A stretch of DNA of 64,000 nucleotides, from assembly GCA_046350995.1 (NCBI GenBank), contig JAXLZJ010000011.1:122500-186499 (forward strand), given 5' to 3'. How positions within the stretch are numbered: the stretch's first letter is position 1; each line of letters starts with the position of its first letter. The notes under the pieces are model-generated. The model ran no database searches. It worked only from the letters and a program-made list of their open reading frames with translations, and was not told the DNA's origin. The position numbers were made by a program, and so were the translations under genes. This document shows positions 33,407 to 42,239 of the stretch, one piece after another. This DNA is from Nitrospira sp. Its GTDB lineage: Bacteria > Nitrospirota > Nitrospiria > Nitrospirales > Nitrospiraceae.

Positions 33407-33708
33407 ATGAGTGAGCCGACGAACCTCAAATCCTCTAATAGAGAAACATTGATCATCGACTGTAACGATTCCTGGTGTTATCCGCTGCCGAGCGCGGCGC
33501 TTCGCGAAGTCGGGGAGCACGACTAGATCGAGATTCGTCCAGGTGTGTACGAGGAAAAGGTATTCGTTTTCGACCGCCCCATCGGACTCCGGATCTCCCC
33601 AACGTTGTCACGATGAACACGCTTGTGCTGAACCCGCATGGAGCGTATCGGGTTACCGATATGCCATTGCAGAAGTCGGGCGATAGCGTGGAACTGCTCG
33701 ATTCATAG
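33407..33708 (+). pseudogene. Probable remnant of a right-handed beta-helix (NosD/pectate-lyase-like) protein gene
   Basis: ATG 33407 frame reads ...SAALREVGEHD*IEIRPGVYEEKVFVFDRPI with TAG at 33524-33526, stops at 33616; possible continuation in another frame to 33708. Confidence 0.45.
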
Positions 33709-33728
33709 GATCAAAAATTCGGAAGATA

Positions 33729-34655
33729 CTACTGGGAGATCGCAGGGGAGTGAGGAGTTGCCGGTGCCGCGTGGAACTCAAATGCGCTGCCCCCGCGCTG
33801 CTTTGCTCGATACATGGCGAGGTCAGCATGTTTCAACAGATCGTCGATGTCGTGATCATCGGACGGGTAAATCGTGATGCCAATACTGACCCCGATGGAA
33901 GCGCGATGTGAACCAAGGTCAAACGGCTCGGCCAGGGATTCCGTGATACGCTGGGCGACGATCGTGATATCCTGATCTGCCGAGCACCCTTCGAGAATAA
34001 TCGTAAATTCATCCCCTCCCATCCGTGCCACGGTATCGACTTCTCGCACGCACGCTCGGAGTCGGTCTGCGACGGACTTCAGTAGCAGGTCCCCGACATC
34101 ATGCCCCATGGTGTCGTTGACTGCCTTGAATCGATCAAGATCCAGAAGCATCAATCCCAACGGCCGTTGGAGCCGTTTGCTTCGTGCCATGGCTTGGATG
34201 AGACGGTCTCGGAATAATGTCCGATTGACGAGTCCGGTAAGTTGGTCGTACTGAGCGAGGTACGTCATGCGCTCTTCGGCACGCTTTCGTTCGATAGCAT
34301 AGCGAATGGCGCGTGCCAGGAGCTCCGGGTGACCCTGTCCTTTTACCAGATAATCCTGGGCTCCTTGCTGAACGGCTTGAAGGGAGAGTGCCTGGTCGCT
34401 GACTCCGCTCAGAACGATGATAGGGATGGTGGGGCAGGTCGCCTGAACCTGCTTCAACGTGGGAAGGCCATAGGCATCCGGGAGTGACAAATCGAGGAGA
34501 ATGGCGTCGAACCGCTCTCGGGCAAGCCTCGTGAACGCTTCACTCAGCCTGGTCACGTGAGTGACATCGAACTGCTCGATGCTCCACTCGGCCAGGATAT
34601 CCTGGGTGAGGTGGGCATCGACATCGTTGTCCTCCACCAGCAGTAACTTAATCAT
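33729..34655 (-). CDS. Response regulator diguanylate cyclase (REC-GGDEF)
   Basis: LLVEDND, LLDLSLPD receiver; REVD I-site and GGDEF. Confidence 0.95.
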   Translation of the reverse strand: MIKLLLVEDNDVDAHLTQDILAEWSIEQFDVTHVTRLSEAFTRLARERFDAILLDLSLPDAYGLPTLKQVQATCPTIPIIVLSGVSDQALSLQAVQQGAQDYLVKGQGHPELLARAIRYAIERKRAEERMTYLAQYDQLTGLVNRTLFRDRLIQAMARSKRLQRPLGLMLLDLDRFKAVNDTMGHDVGDLLLKSVADRLRACVREVDTVARMGGDEFTIILEGCSADQDITIVAQRITESLAEPFDLGSHRASIGVSIGITIYPSDDHDIDDLLKHADLAMYRAKQRGGSAFEFHAAPATPHSPAISQ

Positions 34656-34848
34656 CGATTTGCGCCATGGCTCCCTAGGGAGAAAGGCACCACACACACT
34701 CGGGACGTGGGACAAGACCGTAACTTGCCTCAAGTATAGCCCAAGGCTATGGATTCACAAGGGAATGTCGGAATCGATGGTGAGGCAATCTGAAGGGAAC
34801 CCGGAGAAGAGAGCGTGAATGCTGCTTCTCCGGGTTATCAATAGTCAG

Positions 34849-35226
34849 CTAAGCTGAATGCAGCGCTTCGGCGCGTCGGCGAACTTCTTCGGCCTTTTGC
34901 GCCTGTCCGAGGTTTTCGTACAACGACGCGATATTGGAATGGAGGTGCGACAATAACTGGCCAAGTTGAGCTTCCTGGGCGATCACATTGGCTTCGAGTG
35001 CCAGCTTCTTTTCTTCACTCCGCCGAAACCGCTCCTCCAATCGCTGGACCAATTGAATCCAACCGCGGACTTTACCGGAGTCGAGTTGAGGTGTAGCAGG
35101 AAGTGGTTCGGCACGATCAAGAGCTTTTTCCGTTTGATTCATCCAGTTGATGAAGACGAGAAAATCACCGAGAGTAATGGTCAGCGCTGATGAAGTCCCT
35201 TCTTCTTCGATAACCAAGTCTTCCAT
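34849..35226 (-). CDS. Hypothetical protein (C-terminal TPR-like helix)
   Basis: AGGAG RBS; coiled-coil segment, LHSNIASLYENLGQ..KAEE. Confidence 0.6.
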   Translation of the reverse strand: MEDLVIEEEGTSSALTITLGDFLVFINWMNQTEKALDRAEPLPATPQLDSGKVRGWIQLVQRLEERFRRSEEKKLALEANVIAQEAQLGQLLSHLHSNIASLYENLGQAQKAEEVRRRAEALHSA

Positions 35227-35615
35227 GCGTGCTCCTTGTTCCTCTAGATCAGATTGATATGCGCACCATTCATTCGGTTTCGCTTCCGGGCAACAATCTG
35301 CATAGTCCTAACCAAACTAAGCTGTTAGCACGTGAGTAGTGTCGTGTTTGGACCTGGTTTGTGTGACATGGGCCAGGGTCCTGGGTCCACCTCCCTTCGA
35401 CGCGCTCGGAGTCCAAAGAAACAGATTTCCGAGATGTGGGCGCTGTGCCGTACGCCCCAATATCCTGTGGAGGTGGGAGTAATACTGCCCTACAAACAGT
35501 ATTGTCAACAGGTAACGCCGGGATTTAGGAAAAATAATTTTCTGGGGAAGGGGAAAGCCCTACGGGGGATTAGAAGCAGTGGATCACGGGCTTGGAGAGG
35601 CGCCATCCGCATGGG

Positions 35616-35945
35616 CTATCCCGGGGAGTAGTCGCGGGGATAGATCCCCCTGGGCCGATCCTCTGGCCCAATGGCAGCCTCACAAGCATACCCACCTTCC
35701 AGCGGCCAAAGGAGGGACAAACCTGCACCCGATCCTTTCACATGGATATACCGGAAGCTGACACCCAATCGCCGGCCTTCTTCACGCATTTGTTGGACGC
35801 AGGATTCCGCGGAATACGCTCTTCGGGTCAGAAGTATGGGATCGCCGGTATGATTGTGAAAGGAATTGTACTCGCTGGCGCAACCGGCGGTGAGCAAGAG
35901 CCCGAGTACGGTTAAGGTCATAGTCACGCGTGCTGGGTAAGCCAT
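35616..35945 (-). CDS. Hypothetical lipoprotein
   Basis: Lipobox LLTAGC; two further Cys. Confidence 0.6.
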   Translation of the reverse strand: MAYPARVTMTLTVLGLLLTAGCASEYNSFHNHTGDPILLTRRAYSAESCVQQMREEGRRLGVSFRYIHVKGSGAGLSLLWPLEGGYACEAAIGPEDRPRGIYPRDYSPG

Positions 35946-36277
35946 GAGCATATCTCCCGGACAATCCTGCAATAGACAAAGCCTATTCGATTAACTTTAT
36001 AACCGTAACACAACGGCAGGTGCTGATCGAGTTCGTAGCGAAGCTGAGGTGCCAGCATTGTAGTGAGAGCGACAAAGTGCGGCTCAGCGACAAAAAATGC
36101 CTGGTAGCCCTCCTCCCACTCCCTACAAAAGTTGGGATTCGTGTGCCCATCTAACTCATTGTGCCACCAATGAATTTCAGTAACGAGCGATGAGTCTTGT
36201 ATGGCATGGAAGCTGCGCATTGAGGCGGCATGCGTTGAACGAACGTTGTTCTGACGTGAATCGGAAGGAGTCTTCAT
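35924..36277 (-). CDS. Hypothetical protein
   Basis: Protein-like C-terminal two thirds (EIHWWHNEL...CRIVREICSWL); start uncertain. Confidence 0.5.
   Translation of the reverse strand: MKTPSDSRQNNVRSTHAASMRSFHAIQDSSLVTEIHWWHNELDGHTNPNFCREWEEGYQAFFVAEPHFVALTTMLAPQLRYELDQHLPLCYGYKVNRIGFVYCRIVREICSWLTQHA
36202..36217 (+). promoter_or_regulatory. Possible sigma54 promoter of lytic transglycosylase gene
   Basis: TGGCATGGAAGCTGCG; lies within an opposite-strand ORF. Confidence 0.4.
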
Positions 36278-36938
36278 GATCCTCACAAAGATCGATAGGC
36301 GGACAAACCTAGAGTACCGGAGCGGACTCAGAGCCGTGGCGATAGCGGTTGGTCTTGTGTCAGTGATTGCTGTGGTACCGGAGAGTAAGGCTGAAGACCA
36401 ACTCTATGGGTACGTCAGTTCCAATGGAACCGTTCACGCGACGAATGTTCCAAGCGATCAACGGTATTCGGAAGTTGCAACACCGCCGCGTGATAGCGCG
36501 GCGGTGTTGGATCATGAGCTGGAAGAAGCCGTTCTCCGATCCGCCCGTGACAATCGGCTGGCACCTGAGCTTCTGCTGGCTGTGATCAAAGCGGAATCCT
36601 CGTTCAACCCGTTAGTCATTTCAAAAGCCGGGGCAGTGGGCTTGATGCAGCTCATTCCCGAAACCGCCATCCGACATGGGGTGCGAAACCTCTACGATAC
36701 TCGGGATAACATCGGAGGAGGAGCGAAGCATCTTCGGTATCTCCTCGACCGATTTCACGGCAATATCCGGCTAGCTCTGGCTGCGTACAATGCCGGCGAA
36801 CAGAAAGTCACACGGTACCGTCAAATTCCCCCGTACAAAGAGACTCAGCTCTATGTGAAGAAAGTGATGACCTACTATCGCGAATATCGGGCCAGTGGAA
36901 CGGCGCATGCCGCGATTCACTATCAAGGCGTCCGATAG
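36276..36938 (+). CDS. Soluble lytic transglycosylase (SLT domain)
   Basis: AVIKAESSFNP..SKAGAVGLMQL, ALAAYNAG, IPPYKETQ.YV. Confidence 0.93.
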   Translation: MILTKIDRRTNLEYRSGLRAVAIAVGLVSVIAVVPESKAEDQLYGYVSSNGTVHATNVPSDQRYSEVATPPRDSAAVLDHELEEAVLRSARDNRLAPELLLAVIKAESSFNPLVISKAGAVGLMQLIPETAIRHGVRNLYDTRDNIGGGAKHLRYLLDRFHGNIRLALAAYNAGEQKVTRYRQIPPYKETQLYVKKVMTYYREYRASGTAHAAIHYQGVR

Positions 36939-37001
36939 GGAATAGCTGTACGTGCTAATCGGTGAATGGAATGTGAGAAGGTGGAGGCGGGAAACAAAGT
37001 C

Positions 37002-37274
37002 TCACAGGGGCTTTTCCGCAACGTACTCGATGTACTTCCAGAACTGCTTCGCTTCGTCTTCGTTCAGCACCACCGGAGTGTTGTTCGCCATGCCGGACAT
37101 GTAGACCTTTACCGACACCGTATCGTGCCAAACCTGCACCTCGCAGTGCGTAACGCGGTCGAGATTGATGGCACGGTTGCCGATTCTGACGAAATGCACC
37201 AGGGTGCTCCTGTCTGTCTCTGGAACGTTCCCTGATCGTATCGCAGCATGAACAATCGACAAAGCATGTTGCAA
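37002..37274 (-). CDS. Hypothetical protein
   Basis: FVRIGNRAINLDRV small beta-rich pattern; start uncertain. Confidence 0.55.
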   Translation of the reverse strand: MQHALSIVHAAIRSGNVPETDRSTLVHFVRIGNRAINLDRVTHCEVQVWHDTVSVKVYMSGMANNTPVVLNEDEAKQFWKYIEYVAEKPL

Positions 37275-37375
37275 ATCTCTGACGAGATCGGTCGACGACC
37301 AGATGCGTCAGCAACGGCAATCATGTCACTTGGAAGAGGTGGCTGAATTTAGTGGGAAAGAAAAAGCAACCGGGT

Positions 37376-37452
<77 letters not shown>

Positions 37453-37457
37453 GGCGG

Positions 37458-37487
37458 AGACTAACAAAGCGCAGAACACCAAGTCAA
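37458..37487 (-). promoter_or_regulatory. sigma70-type promoter of tRNA-fMet
   Basis: TTGACT-N18-(TGT)TAGTCT, 5 nt before tRNA position 1. Confidence 0.65.
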
Positions 37488-37538
37488 GCAAGGCCTGGCG
37501 GCGTTGCATTCATGCGATGACGGTGCTAAAGGCATCCT

Positions 37539-38498
37539 ATGCGTATCGTTTTTATGGGGACCCCGGAGTTTGCGGTTCCGTCACTGGAGGCTTTACTGAA
37601 GTCCGACGATCACGTTGTCGGCATCGTCACGCAGCCCGACCGACCGAAAGGCCGCGGTCAACAACTGACACCGCCTCCCATCAAAATCATTGCGCAGCGC
37701 GAACACATTCCAATCCTGCAGCCGTTGAAAATGAAGGCACCGGAGTTTCTCGAGCCTCTCGCGGCATGGAAGCCCGACCTGATCGCGGTCACTGCATTCG
37801 GCCGCATTCTCCATTCGGGTATCCTCAAGATGCCGCCGATGGGATGCGTCAACGTACATGGATCGTTGCTGCCCAAATATCGGGGTGCCGCGCCGGTGCA
37901 ATGGGCGGTCATCAACGGAGATGCAGAAACCGGGATTACCACGATGATGATGGATGAGGGGATGGATACCGGGGCGATGTTGCTCCAGGAGCGAATCCCG
38001 ATCTTGCCCGACGACACGGCCGGGACTCTTGCTCCGCGGCTTGCGGTCCTAGGAGGCCGCCTCCTCGTCGAGACTATTCGGCAACTCAAGGCCGGGGCGC
38101 TCACCCCGATACCGCAAGACAATGGTCAGGCGACCATGGCACCGTTGCTGAAGAAGGAAGACGGCGTCATCGACTGGAACCTGGCTGCCGTGGCATTGAG
38201 TAACCGTGTTCGAGGTCTCTCCCCTTGGCCTGGCGCATACTCGTTCCTGCTGGGCGAGCGATGGACCATCTGGAAGGCCGGAGCAGTTGCAACTCGAGAG
38301 CACGCAGCCCCGGGTACGATCGTCGAAGTGACCAAACAGGCACTTCACGTAGTGACAGGAAACGGGTTGTTGGAAGTCACCGAGATCCAGCCCGCCAACA
38401 GCAAACGCCTCACGGTGGCACAGTACCTAACCGGGCATCGAGTCACACCTGGCCAGCGATTTGAGGCGGGTCCTTCTATCGAAGCAGCACAGCCGTAG
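37539..38498 (+). CDS. fmt: Methionyl-tRNA formyltransferase
   Basis: MRIVFMGTPEFA, TQPDRP.GRG, NVHGSLLPKYRGAAP. Confidence 0.98.
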   Translation: MRIVFMGTPEFAVPSLEALLKSDDHVVGIVTQPDRPKGRGQQLTPPPIKIIAQREHIPILQPLKMKAPEFLEPLAAWKPDLIAVTAFGRILHSGILKMPPMGCVNVHGSLLPKYRGAAPVQWAVINGDAETGITTMMMDEGMDTGAMLLQERIPILPDDTAGTLAPRLAVLGGRLLVETIRQLKAGALTPIPQDNGQATMAPLLKKEDGVIDWNLAAVALSNRVRGLSPWPGAYSFLLGERWTIWKAGAVATREHAAPGTIVEVTKQALHVVTGNGLLEVTEIQPANSKRLTVAQYLTGHRVTPGQRFEAGPSIEAAQP

Positions 38499-38535
38499 TT
38501 TCAACAGATCCGGATGCATCCCTCCCCGAAGCACC

Positions 38536-39963
38536 ATGCTGCCATCCGAAACGTCAGCGTCGACCGCGAACCGCTCAGCCAGAGGGCGGGTGCTGGCCGC
38601 CTTGTTGGCCATGCAGAAATCGGACGATCCTGTCGACGAACTTCTCGATCGCGTGTGGGGGGATGGGGGAACAGACCCTCGTGATCGGGCATTTGCCATG
38701 GAGTTACTCTACGGTGCGCTGCGCCGGCAGGAAACACTCGATTGGCGATTGGCCCCGGTACTGAACAAACCCCTGCTGCGGCTGCCGTCGGTCGTGCAGA
38801 GCATTTTGCGCCTGGGGGCCTATCAACTGCTGTACATGGACCGCGTGCCGGCTTCGGCGGCCGTCAACGAGTCCGTCAATCTAGCCAAACGGTATGCCGC
38901 GAAACTTGGGCGCGATTGGGGAGGATTCGTGAATGCGGTCTTGCGCGCCCTCCTTCGGACACCAGAACCTGCTTTCCCCGAAGGCGAAAAAGGGGCTCCC
39001 CGCGCGCTCTCCGTGCGCTATGGAATCCCCGAGTGGCTGTGCGAGCGGTGGATTGCCCATCATGGGTTGGCCGCGGCGGAAGCTGCGTGTCGGACTGCGA
39101 GTGTGATTCCTGCTGTGACATTGCGCGTCAATCGCCTGCGCCTCACGCGGGAGGAGTTGCTGGCGCGGCTCCGAGCAGCTGGGATCGTAGCCCGGCCGAC
39201 CGTGGTAAGCCCAGTGGGCGTCACTATCGAGGAGGGGCAAGCAGTTGCAACGCTTCCTGGGTTTACGGAAGGTTGGTGGTATGTCGAGGATGAGGCCGCA
39301 CAACTCATTCCGTTGATTTTGGATCCGCAGCCGGGTGAGCGGATTCTGGACACTTGTGCGGCGCCGGGAGGCAAGACGACACATCTGGCCGAACTCATGG
39401 CCGATCGTGGTCAGATTGTCGCGTTGGATCGGCAAGCCGCGCGCCTTCACCGACTGACCGAGAATCTGCGGCGGCTGGGTATCACCATCGTCGTGTCCAG
39501 CGTGGTCGATGTCAGAGAGCTGGGGCGTTTGTCGACGGACAAGACCGTCGAGTCGTTGATCGGTCAGCCTGCGCTGTTCGATCGGATCCTTGTCGATGCC
39601 CCGTGTAGTGGAATCGGAGTGCTGCGCCGGCATCCGGATGCCAAGTGGAAGAAAGACGCCGGCATGTTTGCCCGGCATCATACGTTACAGCGTGCGATCC
39701 TCGAGCGCGCCTCCGCCTTCTTGCGGCCCGGTGGGGTGCTGGTCTATAGTACCTGCTCGACCGAACCAGAGGAGACGGAATGTGTGATTGCCGAGTTCTG
39801 CCAGGAACATCAGGCGTTTACGCGTGAGTCTGTTGCGCCGTGGCTTCCGGTCTCGGCCCATGAGTTTGTGACACCACAGGGCGCGCTCTCAACGATGGGC
39901 AACACCCTGGGAATGGATGGGTTCTACGCCGTCCGCATGAGAAAGACTGCAGAGACCGCATGA
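38536..39963 (+). CDS. rsmB: 16S rRNA m5C967 methyltransferase
   Basis: NusB-like N-domain, D.CAAPGGKT, DAPCSG.G, YSTCS. Confidence 0.95.
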   Translation: MLPSETSASTANRSARGRVLAALLAMQKSDDPVDELLDRVWGDGGTDPRDRAFAMELLYGALRRQETLDWRLAPVLNKPLLRLPSVVQSILRLGAYQLLYMDRVPASAAVNESVNLAKRYAAKLGRDWGGFVNAVLRALLRTPEPAFPEGEKGAPRALSVRYGIPEWLCERWIAHHGLAAAEAACRTASVIPAVTLRVNRLRLTREELLARLRAAGIVARPTVVSPVGVTIEEGQAVATLPGFTEGWWYVEDEAAQLIPLILDPQPGERILDTCAAPGGKTTHLAELMADRGQIVALDRQAARLHRLTENLRRLGITIVVSSVVDVRELGRLSTDKTVESLIGQPALFDRILVDAPCSGIGVLRRHPDAKWKKDAGMFARHHTLQRAILERASAFLRPGGVLVYSTCSTEPEETECVIAEFCQEHQAFTRESVAPWLPVSAHEFVTPQGALSTMGNTLGMDGFYAVRMRKTAETA

Positions 39964-40655
39964 GCAACCGCATATTCATCGCGCCTTCTATCCTCGCCGC
40001 AGATTTTGTGCGACTGGCCGACGAGATCGCCGCCGTGGAACGAGGGGGCGCCGATCTGCTCCATGTCGACGTAATGGACGGCCACTTCGTTCCGAACCTG
40101 ACAATCGGTCCGCCTGTGATTGAGTCCATCAAGAAAGTCACCAAGCTGCCGCTTGATGTGCATTTGATGATCACGAATGCCGATACATTTATTTCCGAGT
40201 TCGTTGCAGCGGGCGCGGATTATGTGACCGTCCACGTCGAAGCCTGTCCCCATCTCCATCGAACCATTCAGTCCATCAAGGAGCGGGGGGCGAAGGCGGG
40301 CGTGACGCTGAATCCGGCAACCTCCGTCACGACATTGGATGAAATTCTTCCGGAGGTCGATCTGGTGTTGATTATGTCGGTCAATCCCGGCTTCGGTGGA
40401 CAGAAGTTTATCCCTTCCGTGTTGAGCAAAATCAAAGCCGTTCGCGAAAGGCTGGATCGTATTCAGAGCCGGGCACTCCTCGAAGTGGACGGCGGCGTTA
40501 AGGTCGACAATGCCGCGCAGATCCTCGCCGCAGGCGCCGATGTACTGGTCGCCGGATCCGCGATTTTCTCCAGCCGTGACTATGCCGGCACCATCGCGGC
40601 GATGCGCGCCGCCGGCCCGCCGGCATCCGTGCCTCACGCCGCACTTCATCGATAG
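39960..40655 (+). CDS. rpe: Ribulose-phosphate 3-epimerase
   Basis: IAPSILAAD, HVDVMDGHFVPNLT, MSVNPGFGGQ, EVDGG. Confidence 0.98.
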   Translation: MSNRIFIAPSILAADFVRLADEIAAVERGGADLLHVDVMDGHFVPNLTIGPPVIESIKKVTKLPLDVHLMITNADTFISEFVAAGADYVTVHVEACPHLHRTIQSIKERGAKAGVTLNPATSVTTLDEILPEVDLVLIMSVNPGFGGQKFIPSVLSKIKAVRERLDRIQSRALLEVDGGVKVDNAAQILAAGADVLVAGSAIFSSRDYAGTIAAMRAAGPPASVPHAALHR

Positions 40656-40665
40656 GCGAACCAGG

Positions 40666-42231
40666 GTGGACATCTCCGCACTCATTGACAGTCTGCATCC
40701 TCTCGAAATCAAGGTCCTCACGGCGTTGGGATCTCGTCCACCGGGTACCGTACTGGGCAACGAAGAATTGGCCGCCGCTGCCGACCTTGAACCCTCGCAG
40801 CTCAGCATGGCCATCGAATGGCTACTGGCGAAATCACTCATTGCGATCCATGCCGAAACGGTGACCCCGATCGTGTCGCTCACGAAAGTCGGTGAACAGT
40901 ATGTCGCCGACGCCGCGCCGATCGAACGCGTCTTCGCCGCTGCGCGGGAAGTAGCCAGCACGGGAAAACGACTAACCATTCCCGATCTGCAGTCACAGGA
41001 CGGGATGGACCCCTCCGATGTCAGCAAAGCGGTCGGTCGGTTGAAGAAAGAAGGAGCGCTCCTGATCATACAGGGTGGCTGCATCGAATCGACCGGTCGT
41101 CCAAGCCCGACAGTCGAGGCGATCCGAACCCTCCTGCGAGAGGTGCGCGAAGCGCCCCGTGAGTTGCAGCGCTTCTCGGGCGCTCATCGTCAGATCATCG
41201 AAGACTATGCCGTGAAACGCGGCAATGCCAAGGAGCCGTTCCGGATCGATGAACGCATTGCGCGGTCATTCAAACTCTCCGAGGCCGGCGCCACCGCGGC
41301 CGAGCAGTTGCTTACGCAGGGCGTCGCGGAGGAAGTCTCGCAGTTGAGCCCCGATCTTTTGAAGGATGGGACTTGGCGAACGAAGCGCTTTCGAAAGTAC
41401 ACCATCAGTCTCCGTGCGCCCCGTATCGGGACCGGGAAGAAACACCCCTATCGAGAGTTTCTGGATACAGTGAAGACCAAACTCGTGAGTATGGGATTCC
41501 AAGAAATGCGCGGTTCGCTGGTCGAGACCGAATTCTGGAACATGGACGCCCTCTTCATGCCGCAGTTCCACCCGGCGCGAGACATCCACGACGTGTATTT
41601 CGTGAAGCAGCCGACCCATGCCACGCATATCGCCGAGCCGTTCTTGAAAAACGTCACGAAGGCACATCAGGACGGAGGCAAGACCGGCTCCACGGGCTGG
41701 AACTATCACTTCAACACCGAACGAGCAAAGCGCCTGGTGTTGCGCAGTCAGGGGACGGCAGTCTCGTCGAGGACGCTCGCGGCGTCGCCCCGTGTGCCGG
41801 GGAAATATTTTTCCATCGCCCGCTGCTTCCGCTACGACCAGGTCGATGCGACACACGCCACGGACTTCTTTCAGGTCGAAGGGATCGTGCTCGGTGAAGA
41901 CATCAACTTCCGCACCTTGCTGGGCTTACTGAATTTGTTCGCCCGCGAAGTTGCCCAAGCCAAGGAAGTGAAATTTCTGCCGGCCTATTTCCCCTTCACC
42001 GAGCCCTCGGTGGAAATGCACGTGCGTCATCCGCGCTTGGGATGGATGGAGCTCGGAGGGGCGGGCTTGTTCCGTCCGGAAGTGACATTGCCGCTTGGGG
42101 TCGATGTGCCGGTAATCGCGTGGGGCCTAGGGCTAGACCGGATGGCCATGGTGGCGCTCGGCATTCACGACATTCGCGAGTTGTTCACCGACAACTTGGA
42201 TCTCATACGAACGACGCGGGGGATCTTTTAG
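40666..42231 (+). CDS. pheS: Phenylalanyl-tRNA synthetase alpha, long archaeal/eukaryotic type (521 aa)
   Basis: FWNMDALF.PQ.HPARD..D, DATH..DF.Q, YFPFTEPS; ~250-aa N-terminal extension; GTG start. Confidence 0.95.
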   Translation: MDISALIDSLHPLEIKVLTALGSRPPGTVLGNEELAAAADLEPSQLSMAIEWLLAKSLIAIHAETVTPIVSLTKVGEQYVADAAPIERVFAAAREVASTGKRLTIPDLQSQDGMDPSDVSKAVGRLKKEGALLIIQGGCIESTGRPSPTVEAIRTLLREVREAPRELQRFSGAHRQIIEDYAVKRGNAKEPFRIDERIARSFKLSEAGATAAEQLLTQGVAEEVSQLSPDLLKDGTWRTKRFRKYTISLRAPRIGTGKKHPYREFLDTVKTKLVSMGFQEMRGSLVETEFWNMDALFMPQFHPARDIHDVYFVKQPTHATHIAEPFLKNVTKAHQDGGKTGSTGWNYHFNTERAKRLVLRSQGTAVSSRTLAASPRVPGKYFSIARCFRYDQVDATHATDFFQVEGIVLGEDINFRTLLGLLNLFAREVAQAKEVKFLPAYFPFTEPSVEMHVRHPRLGWMELGGAGLFRPEVTLPLGVDVPVIAWGLGLDRMAMVALGIHDIRELFTDNLDLIRTTRGIF

Positions 42232-42239
42232 GCGACGCC

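Noticed and set aside
33524-33526. Pyrrolysine or recoded TAG
   Set aside because: Frame ends 30 codons later; no pyl genes in the window; other genes use TAG as a normal stop
35481-35503. LexA (SOS) box
   Set aside because: CTG-N9-CAG, whereas the gammaproteobacterial box is CTG-N10-CAG
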